From: Chloroflexota bacterium
GTDB taxonomy: Bacteria > Chloroflexota > Dehalococcoidia > Lucifugimonadales > JADFKI01
Direction of reading: 5' to 3'
Assembly (NCBI GenBank): GCA_027623195.1
Contig: JAQBUT010000032.1
Location: 1-28,054, forward strand
Length of the DNA stretch: 28,054 bases
The notes under the pieces are model-generated. The model worked only from the letters and a program-made list of their open reading frames with translations, was not told the DNA's origin and made no database searches. The translations under genes were made by a program, and so were the position numbers. Every line of letters starts with the position of its first letter. The first letter of the stretch is position 1. Shown piece by piece: positions 8,342 to 17,053 of the stretch.

Positions 8342-8790
8342 GTTCGAACCCCTTTGAACCTAATTTGTGGGAGCACCCATCACCCAGGGTTACCCTGAGC
8401 GAAAGATTTTCGCCAAAGTAAATGCCTCCTCCACCCCACCGCACAACGAACACCAAATTCCATGAATTCGATGTATTCGAATAACTTATATTTAAAATTT
8501 TTGATGAGCGTTTAAACCCTTGACGTAGAAAAACATAACGAAACTGCTAGAAATAAAAGTCCGTGCGGAACGACTTGACCAGTAGCCCTCTTAGCGCGAG
8601 CTTGAAAATGCCAGGTATCCTTTCTTGTGGATACTGGGAGGGGATGGAGGTGCTGTGGTTGCCTCAGAACATCTTGAGAATGTATCGTGTTCTGCAGTCT
8701 GAAGGCTTCGAGAACGTTGCTTGTCACGACTCCCGGGTGTACGTTAATTAGAATGCGCAACTCAAAAACCATAGCCCACGCCGCCGCCGT

Positions 8791-10251
8791 TTGACGCTTC
8801 TCACCCTGGAGCCCATATCTAGGATAGCCAACAGCCCCAATTACAAGTGGTGGGTGTACTGCGCCGTCGCCGTGGGCATGTTCACCAGCGTCATGGACCA
8901 GTCCGGCACCAACATTGCCCTACCCGCCATCGCCGACTACTTTGACGCCGATATCCCCACCGTGCAGTGGGTGACCCTTAGCTACATTCTTGCGACCAGC
9001 GCTCTTTTCATGCCAGCCGGACGTCTCTCCGACATCGTTGGTCGTAAGTACGTGTTCATGGGAGGGCTGGCCATGTTCGCAATAGCGGCGGCCATAGGGG
9101 GAAGCTCCACGTCGTTCCCTCTGCTGGTCATGGCGAAGATCCTTCAAGGGGTAGCGTCGGCTGGCATAGGCGCCAATGGTATGGCGATGGTTGCCGAGAT
9201 ATTCCCGGAGCGCGAGCGCGGCAAGGCCCTGGGTTTTTACATGACCATCATAGGCGTCGGGGTTATCATGGGCCCAGTAGTAGGCGGCTTTCTTGTGGAC
9301 ATGCTGGGATGGCGCGCGGTCTTCTTTGCTGTGGTGCCCATGGGAGTATTCGCGCTGTTGGCTGCTGCCCTAGTGCTTCGTACCGGCAAAAGACAAGCCA
9401 CCGTTGCAAGGCCTTCCACGGGATTCGATTGGGGCGGTGCGGGTCTGTCATCGGCGGCGCTGGTCGCATTCCTGTTGTCGCTAACCAACGCTCACAAATT
9501 AGGTTGGTCGTCGCCTGCAATAATTGGAGGCTTCCTGCTGGCGTTTGCGCTGATAGGAGCCTTCGTGTGGTGGGAGAAGCGCAGCCCTGACCCAATGCTG
9601 GACCTGCGCTATTTCGAGAGCGGTGCGTTTTCCATGGGGGTGGCTGCCAGGTTCTTCTCCTTTTTAGGAAGCTCCTCGGTGTTCTTCCTTATGCCATTCT
9701 TCCTGGTGCAGGGACTGCTGTACTCCCCTAGCAAGGCTGGGCTATTCATGGTGCCAAGCGCAATTGGCATGGCTGTCATGGGGCCGGTGAGCGGACGCCT
9801 ATCCGATAAGTTTGGCACGAGGTGGCTGTCGGTAGGTGGAATGGGAATTTCCACCATAGCGTTCGTAATCTTCTCCAGGCTTTCTATCGACGCGTCTGCG
9901 GCACACGTCTTGCTGGGGATGACATTGCAGGGCATAGGTATGGGTATGTTCTCATCGCCCAACACCAGTTCTGTCATGAGCTCCCTCGATAAGGAGAACT
10001 ACGGCATTGCGTCGGCGTTCCTGAACACGACGCGCACATCGGCCAACCTCAGCGGTGTGGCGCTGGCAACGTCCATCGTTACTATTACCATGGCGACAAT
10101 GGGTTTCGAGCCCAGCCTGTCTGCGGTATCGGCAGGCGGAGGGGACGGAGTCAGAATAGCCTTCGTCACGGGCCTGAGCCGTGCGTTCCTGTTGTCAGGA
10201 ATTTTCGTGTTCTTGTCTTCGGCTATTTCGGTCGTTCGGCGGTCCGGCTAG
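8791..10251 (+). CDS. MFS drug-resistance transporter, DHA2 (14-TMS, EmrB/QacA-like)
   Basis: D-x-S-x-x-NIALPAI, motif A (GRLSDIVGRK), FPERERGKALG, GPVVGGFL, LGWRAVFF, FDWGG. The TTG start is uncertain. Confidence 0.92.
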   Translation: MTLLTLEPISRIANSPNYKWWVYCAVAVGMFTSVMDQSGTNIALPAIADYFDADIPTVQWVTLSYILATSALFMPAGRLSDIVGRKYVFMGGLAMFAIAAAIGGSSTSFPLLVMAKILQGVASAGIGANGMAMVAEIFPERERGKALGFYMTIIGVGVIMGPVVGGFLVDMLGWRAVFFAVVPMGVFALLAAALVLRTGKRQATVARPSTGFDWGGAGLSSAALVAFLLSLTNAHKLGWSSPAIIGGFLLAFALIGAFVWWEKRSPDPMLDLRYFESGAFSMGVAARFFSFLGSSSVFFLMPFFLVQGLLYSPSKAGLFMVPSAIGMAVMGPVSGRLSDKFGTRWLSVGGMGISTIAFVIFSRLSIDASAAHVLLGMTLQGIGMGMFSSPNTSSVMSSLDKENYGIASAFLNTTRTSANLSGVALATSIVTITMATMGFEPSLSAVSAGGGDGVRIAFVTGLSRAFLLSGIFVFLSSAISVVRRSG

Positions 10252-11018
10252 GCGGACATAAGTCCAGGCCTCTCTTCTTTACTGAAGCACATCTGGTCGC
10301 CCTTCCATGGATATATGAATGGCGTTCGTCGGAAGATGTGGAACCCACACCCTTTGAACTGAGATATGACGTCGTCCAGATTGGACCACCAGAGGCTGGC
10401 GTAGAAGTCTGGCTCGTCTCCGAAATCGACGCCATGAACAGCCTCGACGATGAGGATACCTTTGGAGCTGAGAACCCTCTTCACCTCGCCGAGCCAGCGG
10501 CCCAAGTCAAAGACGTGGTCAATGCTGTTGCTGTAAACCACATCTACAGTTCCGTCTGGAAATCTGAGGTTGTGGAAATCGCCGTAAATGACGTGCTGGT
10601 TATTCTCCCCTGGATTCAGGTCTATACCCACGGCAAAGCAGTTAACGTCGTCGAACGCCCTTACTTCCGTGCCGATTCGCGCGGCTAGGCAGAGCACAGA
10701 AACCCCTGGTCGAATAAAGTCTAACTCCTTTAGTCTGTCCCGCAGGGCCTCTCTGAATTTCACATCGTAATTGGCTAGGTCCAGCCGTTCCAGTTTCGAC
10801 TTCTGCAATTCCAGGTAGTCCCCGTAGGAAGAGTATCCCCTCCTCATAATGTTCCCGGTATCTTTTGATTCGCCCCAGTGTTGACCAATCTTTAGACCGA
10901 GCCTCTGATAATGTAGGAAGGCTTTCCATCGTTTGACGCTTAGAATGTGAAGGAACCTGTCCGGCCTCCGACGAGTTTCAGCCAATTCTGAAATCACAAC
11001 ATTAAGAGATAAGTTCAT
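10248..11018 (-). CDS. Class I SAM-dependent methyltransferase
   Basis: VLCLAARIGTEV, AVGIDL, GDFHNLRFPDGTVDVVYSNSIDH, EVKRVLSSKG. Start placed at ATG 11018 after a GAGGGG SD; the stop overlaps the MFS stop. Confidence 0.82.
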   Translation of the reverse strand: MNLSLNVVISELAETRRRPDRFLHILSVKRWKAFLHYQRLGLKIGQHWGESKDTGNIMRRGYSSYGDYLELQKSKLERLDLANYDVKFREALRDRLKELDFIRPGVSVLCLAARIGTEVRAFDDVNCFAVGIDLNPGENNQHVIYGDFHNLRFPDGTVDVVYSNSIDHVFDLGRWLGEVKRVLSSKGILIVEAVHGVDFGDEPDFYASLWWSNLDDVISQFKGCGFHIFRRTPFIYPWKGDQMCFSKEERPGLMSA

Positions 11019-11453
11019 GGCAGTCCCCTCAGGTCTTCTCATGTAAGAATCGTCGTGGGTCCTATTGTCCTTTGCCTACGTCTGCCGACGGTCATGCACG
11101 CCAAAAGGGATCAAGTGGCTAGTGGCGATATCAACCACTATTATTATTATGATGGTGATTAGACTTGAGGAGGAATAGAGGGTGGACGTTTTATGACGAT
11201 AATCTGAACGGACGTGAATAATGGACTTGTGTTTTCTGCCGACGACGATCTCGTTTACGCATTCACAGGTGGCCGTAAGCGTCGAGTGGTGGTCGGGAAC
11301 CGCACTTGTGGTAGGTGATATAACCGGCGCTCGGCCAGCCGTCAAGGTTCAATGCCGACGAGACATACTCTGAGTTCTGTGGAGATTATGGAATCGAACT
11401 AAACCGGAAATTGGACGATGCTGCGATATACCTTCGCCGAAACCCATCTATAG

Positions 11454-11891
11454 CTACTTCCAGCCTAGCTCGCCCTCTTCATCCCAACTCAATGTAACTA
11501 TGTGGCCGTGGTCGCAACGGTGACGCTCCTCACGTTTCTCGATACGTTTGCTCGAGCGTCGTGACGACTGGCTCATAGTCGATTTGCAGTACGGGCATGT
11601 AGCCTTGTATCCAATGCAGTAACCACTACGTTCCGTCCGCACATGCATGAGGTCGTTGGCCATGTTCGGGCTGTCTCCCACGTAACGCACTATCCAGAGC
11701 GTCGCCGCATTGAGGGCGTTCCTCGGCCCTGCCTTTGGTCTTGGTAGTGGTTTGCTGTAGTCGGTATAACCACAGTGCACGCACAATAGCTCTTCATAGT
11801 TTTCGAAAAGTCTTGCCGTACATCTCGGGCAGTCCAACGCGGGATGTTTGGCTATTGTATTGGTCATTGTTTTCCCAACCGTTTCGTTCAT
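11454..11891 (-). CDS. Hypothetical protein with two zinc-ribbon-like modules
   Basis: CPRC...CVHC in the N-terminal part and CPYC...CDHGH in the C-terminal part. Start at 11891 or 11867. Confidence 0.72.
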   Translation of the reverse strand: MNETVGKTMTNTIAKHPALDCPRCTARLFENYEELLCVHCGYTDYSKPLPRPKAGPRNALNAATLWIVRYVGDSPNMANDLMHVRTERSGYCIGYKATCPYCKSTMSQSSRRSSKRIEKREERHRCDHGHIVTLSWDEEGELGWK

Positions 11892-12419
11892 TTTGCCGTC
11901 TTTCGCTACTTTGTTTTGTAACTTGTCTAAATTAAGTTTAAGCAGTGAGTATTACGCGACTGTTACAAGGTGGCAATTTTTATCAAACATCTAAAATCCA
12001 TTCAATTTGCGATTTTTGCATTTCACACCGTACGCACACCGGTTGCCATCAATGGCGTCGGTTCCAACCTGACGGCGTAAGTGCGCGCCAAACTTTTGGT
12101 CCGCTACACGTTGTTTTTCTATCGCGAACGAAGGTAAAACTGGTACTTTCGGCTTAGTTACATGTTTGTATTACAAGGCCGATGGTCATATATGTATTTA
12201 AGTACTCCGAATAGATGCAGGGCCGGATGTATTCTGTCCTTGGATCAATTTCAGGGCACGAAAGTGTAAGAGGATGTCTGGATAGAGCCGACAATCTCTC
12301 TTTAAAACGAAGAACAGTGGTTTCTAGGTATCGTCACAAAGGGTGGAACCTGCCGAGGCGGGTCCTTAGCTATTCGATAGCGCTGGGGATATAAGGTTCA
12401 AATTGAGGGGAATGTAAAT

Positions 12420-12953
12420 ATGCCAAGCACAGTTGCCATACAGTTGACGCAGTTGGAGAGCCTTTTTCTTTCCGACTCTATTTCCATGTTTATGCAAGGC
12501 GTGCCGGATGCCCTGCCCGGTCAGACGATGCCCTTCCCCGACCTCTTGCTGAAGATTGGCGGAGCCGTGCTTGAGACGGAACAGCGGAAAGACACGGCCA
12601 ACGTACACGTCAGCCTGGCGGACCTCTGGGTAATCCGAGAAGTTACCAAATCCTCGGCGGTAATCGGCAGTGAACGGGTAGGACTAAATCTGCTGTTCAA
12701 GGTATACACAGGAATTCAATCACTTAGTGCGGAGAACGACATGGAATCTGTCGTCAGCGTTCTCGGTGAAGTGATGGAGGACGAACCCGGAAAAAGCGAG
12801 TACGCAGTTCAATTGGAGCGGATTAGAAATGGTGGAGACCTATACTCTGGAGGTAATGATGACGGACGTAATGCAAAACAGGGTGACAGCGACAAGCAGT
12901 CCCTCAACGCCGACGAGAACCGACCCGATCACGACGCCGCGACCGCAGCATGA
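12420..12953 (+). CDS. Hypothetical protein (177 aa, acidic disordered C-terminal tail)
   Basis: GAGGGG SD upstream of the ATG; protein-like composition; no motif recognised. Confidence 0.72.
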   Translation: MPSTVAIQLTQLESLFLSDSISMFMQGVPDALPGQTMPFPDLLLKIGGAVLETEQRKDTANVHVSLADLWVIREVTKSSAVIGSERVGLNLLFKVYTGIQSLSAENDMESVVSVLGEVMEDEPGKSEYAVQLERIRNGGDLYSGGNDDGRNAKQGDSDKQSLNADENRPDHDAATAA

Positions 12954-13044
12954 ACCTGCTCGTCGGTACCAACCCGACCCGGATCACTGCCCCGGTCAGC
13001 GAGTCCGCACAATACGAAGGGTGCGCCGCGTAATCGAGCCGTAG
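12859..13044 (+). CDS. Putative 61-aa Pro/Thr-rich, Arg-tailed peptide overlapping the upstream gene
   Basis: GGAGGT at 12849-12854 followed by tandem ATGs at 12856 and 12859; fills the gap to the next gene and ends 25 nt before it. Confidence 0.55.
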   Translation: MTDVMQNRVTATSSPSTPTRTDPITTPRPQHEPARRYQPDPDHCPGQRVRTIRRVRRVIEP

Positions 13045-13069
13045 GCCTAAGAACGGCAGGAGTCTCACC

Positions 13070-13543
13070 ATGCCATATTACAACGTAACCCCTCATACTC
13101 TTTACCAGTCATGCATGTCTAGCGCATGGGAATGGTCGGGCGGAGACGACCCGATCACCAGGGCCCGCGCGTGGGTGGAAGCCGAGAACGTCTACGAAAT
13201 GTGGAAGCTCGTTCAAACCTGGTACGACATGATAAACAGCGGCGAAGCGGATAATCGCTACCCCGACCCTTATTGGGACGACTCTAAGCACTCCGATAAG
13301 GCTGTGCTCACGCAAGAGTTGGCGGATACCTTTATCGAGGAGATGGACGCCGACTTCATGCTAGAGAAAAGCCGCTTTCAGGGAAGGCTTGCGCCAGAGT
13401 TCATTCCACTGCCCTCTCATGCACGCATCGCATTTGTGCAAGATGCTTACGGCCTGATAAAGACCACTGGGCAGATCAACAAAGAGGCCGATGATCGTAT
13501 CGCTGGTGGCGAGACCATGCCTCCTCCTGTTAGACCAAAGTAG
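13070..13543 (+). CDS. Hypothetical protein (157 aa, acidic, aromatic-rich)
   Basis: AGGAG SD; codon usage like the neighbouring genes; followed by a terminator. Confidence 0.75.
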   Translation: MPYYNVTPHTLYQSCMSSAWEWSGGDDPITRARAWVEAENVYEMWKLVQTWYDMINSGEADNRYPDPYWDDSKHSDKAVLTQELADTFIEEMDADFMLEKSRFQGRLAPEFIPLPSHARIAFVQDAYGLIKTTGQINKEADDRIAGGETMPPPVRPK

Positions 13544-13569
13544 TTACCCGCCCTGGATTCCTCCTGATG

Positions 13570-13603
13570 AAGCCGCTGCGATAATCGCAGCGGCTTTTCT
13601 TTT
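13570..13603 (+). terminator. Intrinsic terminator
   Basis: Hairpin AAGCCGCTGCGAT-A-ATCGCAGCGGCTT followed by TTCTTTT. Confidence 0.88.
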
Positions 13604-13662
13604 GCATTTACATAAAATTTCGCGTTTCTTAATATCCTTAAACACATATCCCCCGTTCCGCT

Positions 13663-13671
13663 TGTTATAAT
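13663..13671 (+). promoter_or_regulatory. Extended -10 promoter element for glyQS
   Basis: TGtTATAAT about 50 nt upstream of the GTG start. Confidence 0.55.
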
Positions 13672-13721
13672 TTGTAACTGTATTCTCAAATTCTAAAAAC
13701 AATTAGGAAGTCGAGGAGTCG

Positions 13722-15065
13722 GTGTCAGATAGCGGCGCGTCATCTGTAGACCTGGAAAAAATAGTGTCCCTGGCTAAGCGAAGGGGCTTCATATTTCAGA
13801 GCAGTGAGATCTACGGAGGTCTCTCTAGCACCTGGGACTACGGCCCCCTGGGCGTGGAGCTGAAGCGTAACATCAAGGACTCCTGGTGGCGCACCTTCGT
13901 GTGGGAGCGCGACGATATGGTGGGCCTGGACGCCTCCATACTTATGCACCCGGACGTCTGGCGGGCCAGCGGCCACATCCAGAACTTCTCCGATCCGCTT
14001 GTTGACTGCAAGGAATGCCGTCAGCGTTGGCGCGAGGACCAGTTGGAAAAGCCGGAGTGTCCGGCGTGTGGCGGCGAGCTTACAGATGCCCGCAACTTCA
14101 ACCTCATGTTCAAGACCTTCATTGGGCCTATTGAGGACGACTCCTCGGTAGCTTTCCTGCGACCTGAGACGGCCCAGGGCATATTCGTTAACTTCGAGAA
14201 CGTGCTGAACTCTACCCGCAAGAAGCTGCCCTTCGGCATAGCCCAGATAGGCAAGGCCTTCCGCAACGAGATAACCACCGGCAACTTTATCTTCCGCACT
14301 CGTGAATTCGAGATAATGGAGATCGAGTTCTTCGTGAAGCCGGGCGAGGATGAGGAGTGGCACAAGCGCTGGTTGGACGACTGCATGAGCTGGTACACGG
14401 ACCTGGGCGTCAGTCCCGACCGCCTGAGGGTGCGTGAGCACGAAGGCAAGGAGTTGGCTCACTATGCCAAGGCTACCTACGACATTGAGTACCAGTTCCC
14501 ATGGGGTTGGGGCGAGATTCAGGGAGTCGCTAACCGCACTGACTTCGACCTGAAGGCTCACTCAAAGGCGAGCGGGACTACACTGGACTACTTCGATCAA
14601 GAGGCCAACGAGCGCGTTGTGCCGTACGTCATCGAGCCGGCTGCCGGTGTGGACCGGGGCCTAATGGCGTTCCTGGTGGACGCCTACACGGAGGAAGAAG
14701 TGGCAACTTCCTCCGATAAGACGGAGACCAGAGTGCTGCTGAAGTTTCATCCTGACCTCGCGCCCGTTAAGGTAGCGGTGTTACCCCTGAGCCGCAATGA
14801 AAAGCTGGCGCCGTTGGCCGCAGAGGTGTACAACATGGTTCGGAAATCAGGAGCGGTAAATGGCTTCGTGCAGTTCGACGATGCCCAAAGCATAGGTAGG
14901 CGGTACCGCCGTCAGGACGAAATAGGCACACCGCTGTGTGTTACCGTGGACTTTGACTCGCTGGACGACAACGCCGTCACGATACGCGACCGCGACACCA
15001 TGAACCAGGTCCGCGTGCCCATCGCCGACCTCTCCGCCGAGCTAGCCAAGGGGCTGAGCCGGTAG
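13722..15065 (+). CDS. glyQS: Glycine--tRNA ligase, homodimeric (alpha2) type
   Basis: KRRGF..SSEIYGG, DYGPLGVELK, FLRPETAQG, FRNEIT..NFIFRTREFE, IEPAAGVDR, SIGRRYRRQDEIGTP; GAGGAG SD before the GTG. Confidence 0.97.
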   Translation: MSDSGASSVDLEKIVSLAKRRGFIFQSSEIYGGLSSTWDYGPLGVELKRNIKDSWWRTFVWERDDMVGLDASILMHPDVWRASGHIQNFSDPLVDCKECRQRWREDQLEKPECPACGGELTDARNFNLMFKTFIGPIEDDSSVAFLRPETAQGIFVNFENVLNSTRKKLPFGIAQIGKAFRNEITTGNFIFRTREFEIMEIEFFVKPGEDEEWHKRWLDDCMSWYTDLGVSPDRLRVREHEGKELAHYAKATYDIEYQFPWGWGEIQGVANRTDFDLKAHSKASGTTLDYFDQEANERVVPYVIEPAAGVDRGLMAFLVDAYTEEEVATSSDKTETRVLLKFHPDLAPVKVAVLPLSRNEKLAPLAAEVYNMVRKSGAVNGFVQFDDAQSIGRRYRRQDEIGTPLCVTVDFDSLDDNAVTIRDRDTMNQVRVPIADLSAELAKGLSR

Positions 15066-15090
15066 ACGTTTGGTAACAATAGCTGACTTT

Positions 15091-16326
15091 ATGCGCATAC
15101 TGCACTTTGCTGACCTCCATATAGGCGTTGAGAACTACGGCCGGGTGGACCCGGAGACGGGGCTCTCTACTCGATTGCGAGACTTTTTAGATACCTACGA
15201 TGAGCTGGTGGATTACGCCATAGATAACGCCGTCGACCTGGTGCTTTTTTGCGGCGACGCGTACAAGAGCCGTGACCCGTCACAAACGCATCAGCGGGAG
15301 TTCGCGAAGCGGGTGGCGAGACTGGCCCGCGCCGATATCCCCGTGTTTCTGCTGGTAGGAAACCACGATACGCCTCACATCATAGGCCGGGCCACCGCAC
15401 TGGAGATATTCGACACGCTGGACGTGCCCAACGTACACATTGGCGATACGCTGAAAACCCACGTAGTGCCGACGAAGGACGGACCGCTGCAGGTCGTGGC
15501 TGTGCCCTGGATACGTCGTAGCACTTTCCTGGCTCGGGAGGAAACCAGAAGCCTTTCGCCAGATGAAATTAACGATCTGATTCAGGAACGGCTGTCCCTG
15601 GCTATTAGTACGCTGGCTGGTCGTCTGGACCCTAACCTCCCGGCGGTGCTGTCGGGCCACGTTACTGTCAGCGAGTCAAAGACTAGCTCCGAGCAGTCCA
15701 TGATGCTGGGTCGGGATCACGTACTGCTTAACAGCAACGTCGCCCTTCCTGTCTTTGACTACGTGGCGTTGGGACACATTCACAGGCATCAGGAGCTGGG
15801 CAAGAACCCTCCTGTGGTCTATTCCGGCAGCCTTCAGCGCGTCGATTTTGGCGAGGAGCGTGATGACAAGGGCTTCTGCATAATCGACATTGATCCACGC
15901 CAGCCCCAGGGCATGCGTCTGAAAAATAATTGGCAGTTCGTTAAAAGCAGCGCCAGGGAATTTCTCACCATTAGCGTCAAAATCCCCGAGGGCGATCTGG
16001 ACCCAACGTCCACCGTTCTTCGTGAGTTATCCAAACACGAGCTAGAAGGCCTCATCGTCCGAGTCCAGATATCCGTGCCAGGCGATCTGGAGGGGCTGCT
16101 GCGGGAACCTGAAATAAGGGCAGCGTTAGAGAGCGCCCACTTTGTTGCCTCGGTCTCCAGGGAAATCCTTGAACGGCCCCGCGCCAGGCTTTCTGAGGCG
16201 TACTCCAGGGCTATGGACCCTCGTGAGGCGCTCAAGTCCTATTTCAACGCCAAGGGCGTGGACAAGGCACGAGCCGACCTTCTCTTCCAGAGGGCGGAAA
16301 GTCTCATGCAGGAGCAGGCGGAGTAG
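15091..16326 (+). CDS. sbcD: SbcD/Mre11-family nuclease
   Basis: Metallophosphoesterase motifs ADLHIG, GD, GNHD, YVALGHIH and YSGSLQRVDFGE. Start set at MRILHF (ATG 15091). Confidence 0.92.
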   Translation: MRILHFADLHIGVENYGRVDPETGLSTRLRDFLDTYDELVDYAIDNAVDLVLFCGDAYKSRDPSQTHQREFAKRVARLARADIPVFLLVGNHDTPHIIGRATALEIFDTLDVPNVHIGDTLKTHVVPTKDGPLQVVAVPWIRRSTFLAREETRSLSPDEINDLIQERLSLAISTLAGRLDPNLPAVLSGHVTVSESKTSSEQSMMLGRDHVLLNSNVALPVFDYVALGHIHRHQELGKNPPVVYSGSLQRVDFGEERDDKGFCIIDIDPRQPQGMRLKNNWQFVKSSAREFLTISVKIPEGDLDPTSTVLRELSKHELEGLIVRVQISVPGDLEGLLREPEIRAALESAHFVASVSREILERPRARLSEAYSRAMDPREALKSYFNAKGVDKARADLLFQRAESLMQEQAE

Positions 16327-16413
16327 GCAATTTCGGCGTTGGAATCGGGCAACATACCCGTGGCATCTAAATTCCTGACAAGCATGAATTAAGAATAGGG
16401 TTGGAGGAATGAC

Positions 16414-16995
16414 TTGGGTGGAGTAGCAATATACCCCCTGAAACGTCGGGTGGCCCGGCTTGGGTGCAGGAACAGGCTTCATATCCTGGGCTTCCTCGGA
16501 CTGGTGGCCTTTGTTCTGGTTTCGTGCACAACCGTAGCGCCAGCGGAACCGGGTGAACAGGTCGAAGACCTGGCGCCGGATTTCGAGATAACGCTGTTTG
16601 AAAATGCCAACCATAGTGCAGGCGATTCCCTAAAGTTGTCAGACCTGAAGGATAAGCCAACTGTCCTCAATTTCTGGTTCCCATCTTGTCCGCCTTGCGT
16701 CGCGGAGATGCCGGACTTGCAGAGGGCTTTCGAGCGCCACGGTGGTGACGTGGCCTTTATAGGTGTGCAACTTGTCGGCTTGGACACGGCAGCCAATGGC
16801 CAAGAGTTTGTGGACAGCCTTGGCGTGACGTACGCCTTGGGACCTGATGAGGATGGCGACATAGTCCGGGATTACCTGATAGCCGGTTTCCCCACCACGG
16901 TTTTCCTGGATAAGGACCAGAATGTAGTCCGCAAGTGGGCGGGCATACTGAACGAAGAGAAGCTAGAGGAGCTAATAGGGGCGATATTAAACTAG
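16414..16995 (+). CDS. TlpA/ResA-family thiol-disulfide oxidoreductase, probable lipoprotein
   Basis: LNFWFPSCPPCVAEMP and GFPTTVFLD; hydrophobic segment ending in LVSC; GGAGGA SD before the TTG. Confidence 0.88.
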   Translation: MGGVAIYPLKRRVARLGCRNRLHILGFLGLVAFVLVSCTTVAPAEPGEQVEDLAPDFEITLFENANHSAGDSLKLSDLKDKPTVLNFWFPSCPPCVAEMPDLQRAFERHGGDVAFIGVQLVGLDTAANGQEFVDSLGVTYALGPDEDGDIVRDYLIAGFPTTVFLDKDQNVVRKWAGILNEEKLEELIGAILN

Positions 16996-17053
16996 AGATA
17001 GGTTCTTTATTGGACCGGCCTACCCAGCTCTCTGAGCCCGAAACACTGGTTAA

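Noticed and set aside
8440..8530. sigma28-like or archaeal TATA-like promoter for the archaellin
   Set aside because: The region is AT-rich, but I could not identify a correctly spaced TAAA-N15-GCCGATAA or a convincing BRE-TATA.
8512..8772. Short ORFs on both strands between the archaellin and the MFS gene
   Set aside because: No protein-like features; more likely a divergent promoter region.
11043..11453. 89-aa minus-strand ORF and other short ORFs in this gap
   Set aside because: No convincing SD/start pairing or recognisable motif, and a low-complexity ATT run; possibly decayed sequence.
12339..12367. AAGGGTGGAACC resembling a T-box antiterminator, about 1.4 kb upstream of glyQS
   Set aside because: No recognisable Stem I or specifier loop and no terminator directly after it. 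Three ORFs, a terminator and a separate promoter lie between it and glyQS.
13564..13600. Second CTGATGA followed by a hairpin (hammerhead-like start)
   Set aside because: The stem is followed by a T-rich run, not GAAA; it is the intrinsic terminator.
13740..14561. Long antisense ORF in glyQS, and similar ones at 20139-20861 and 24288-24908
   Set aside because: Shadow frames opposite well-supported high-GC genes.
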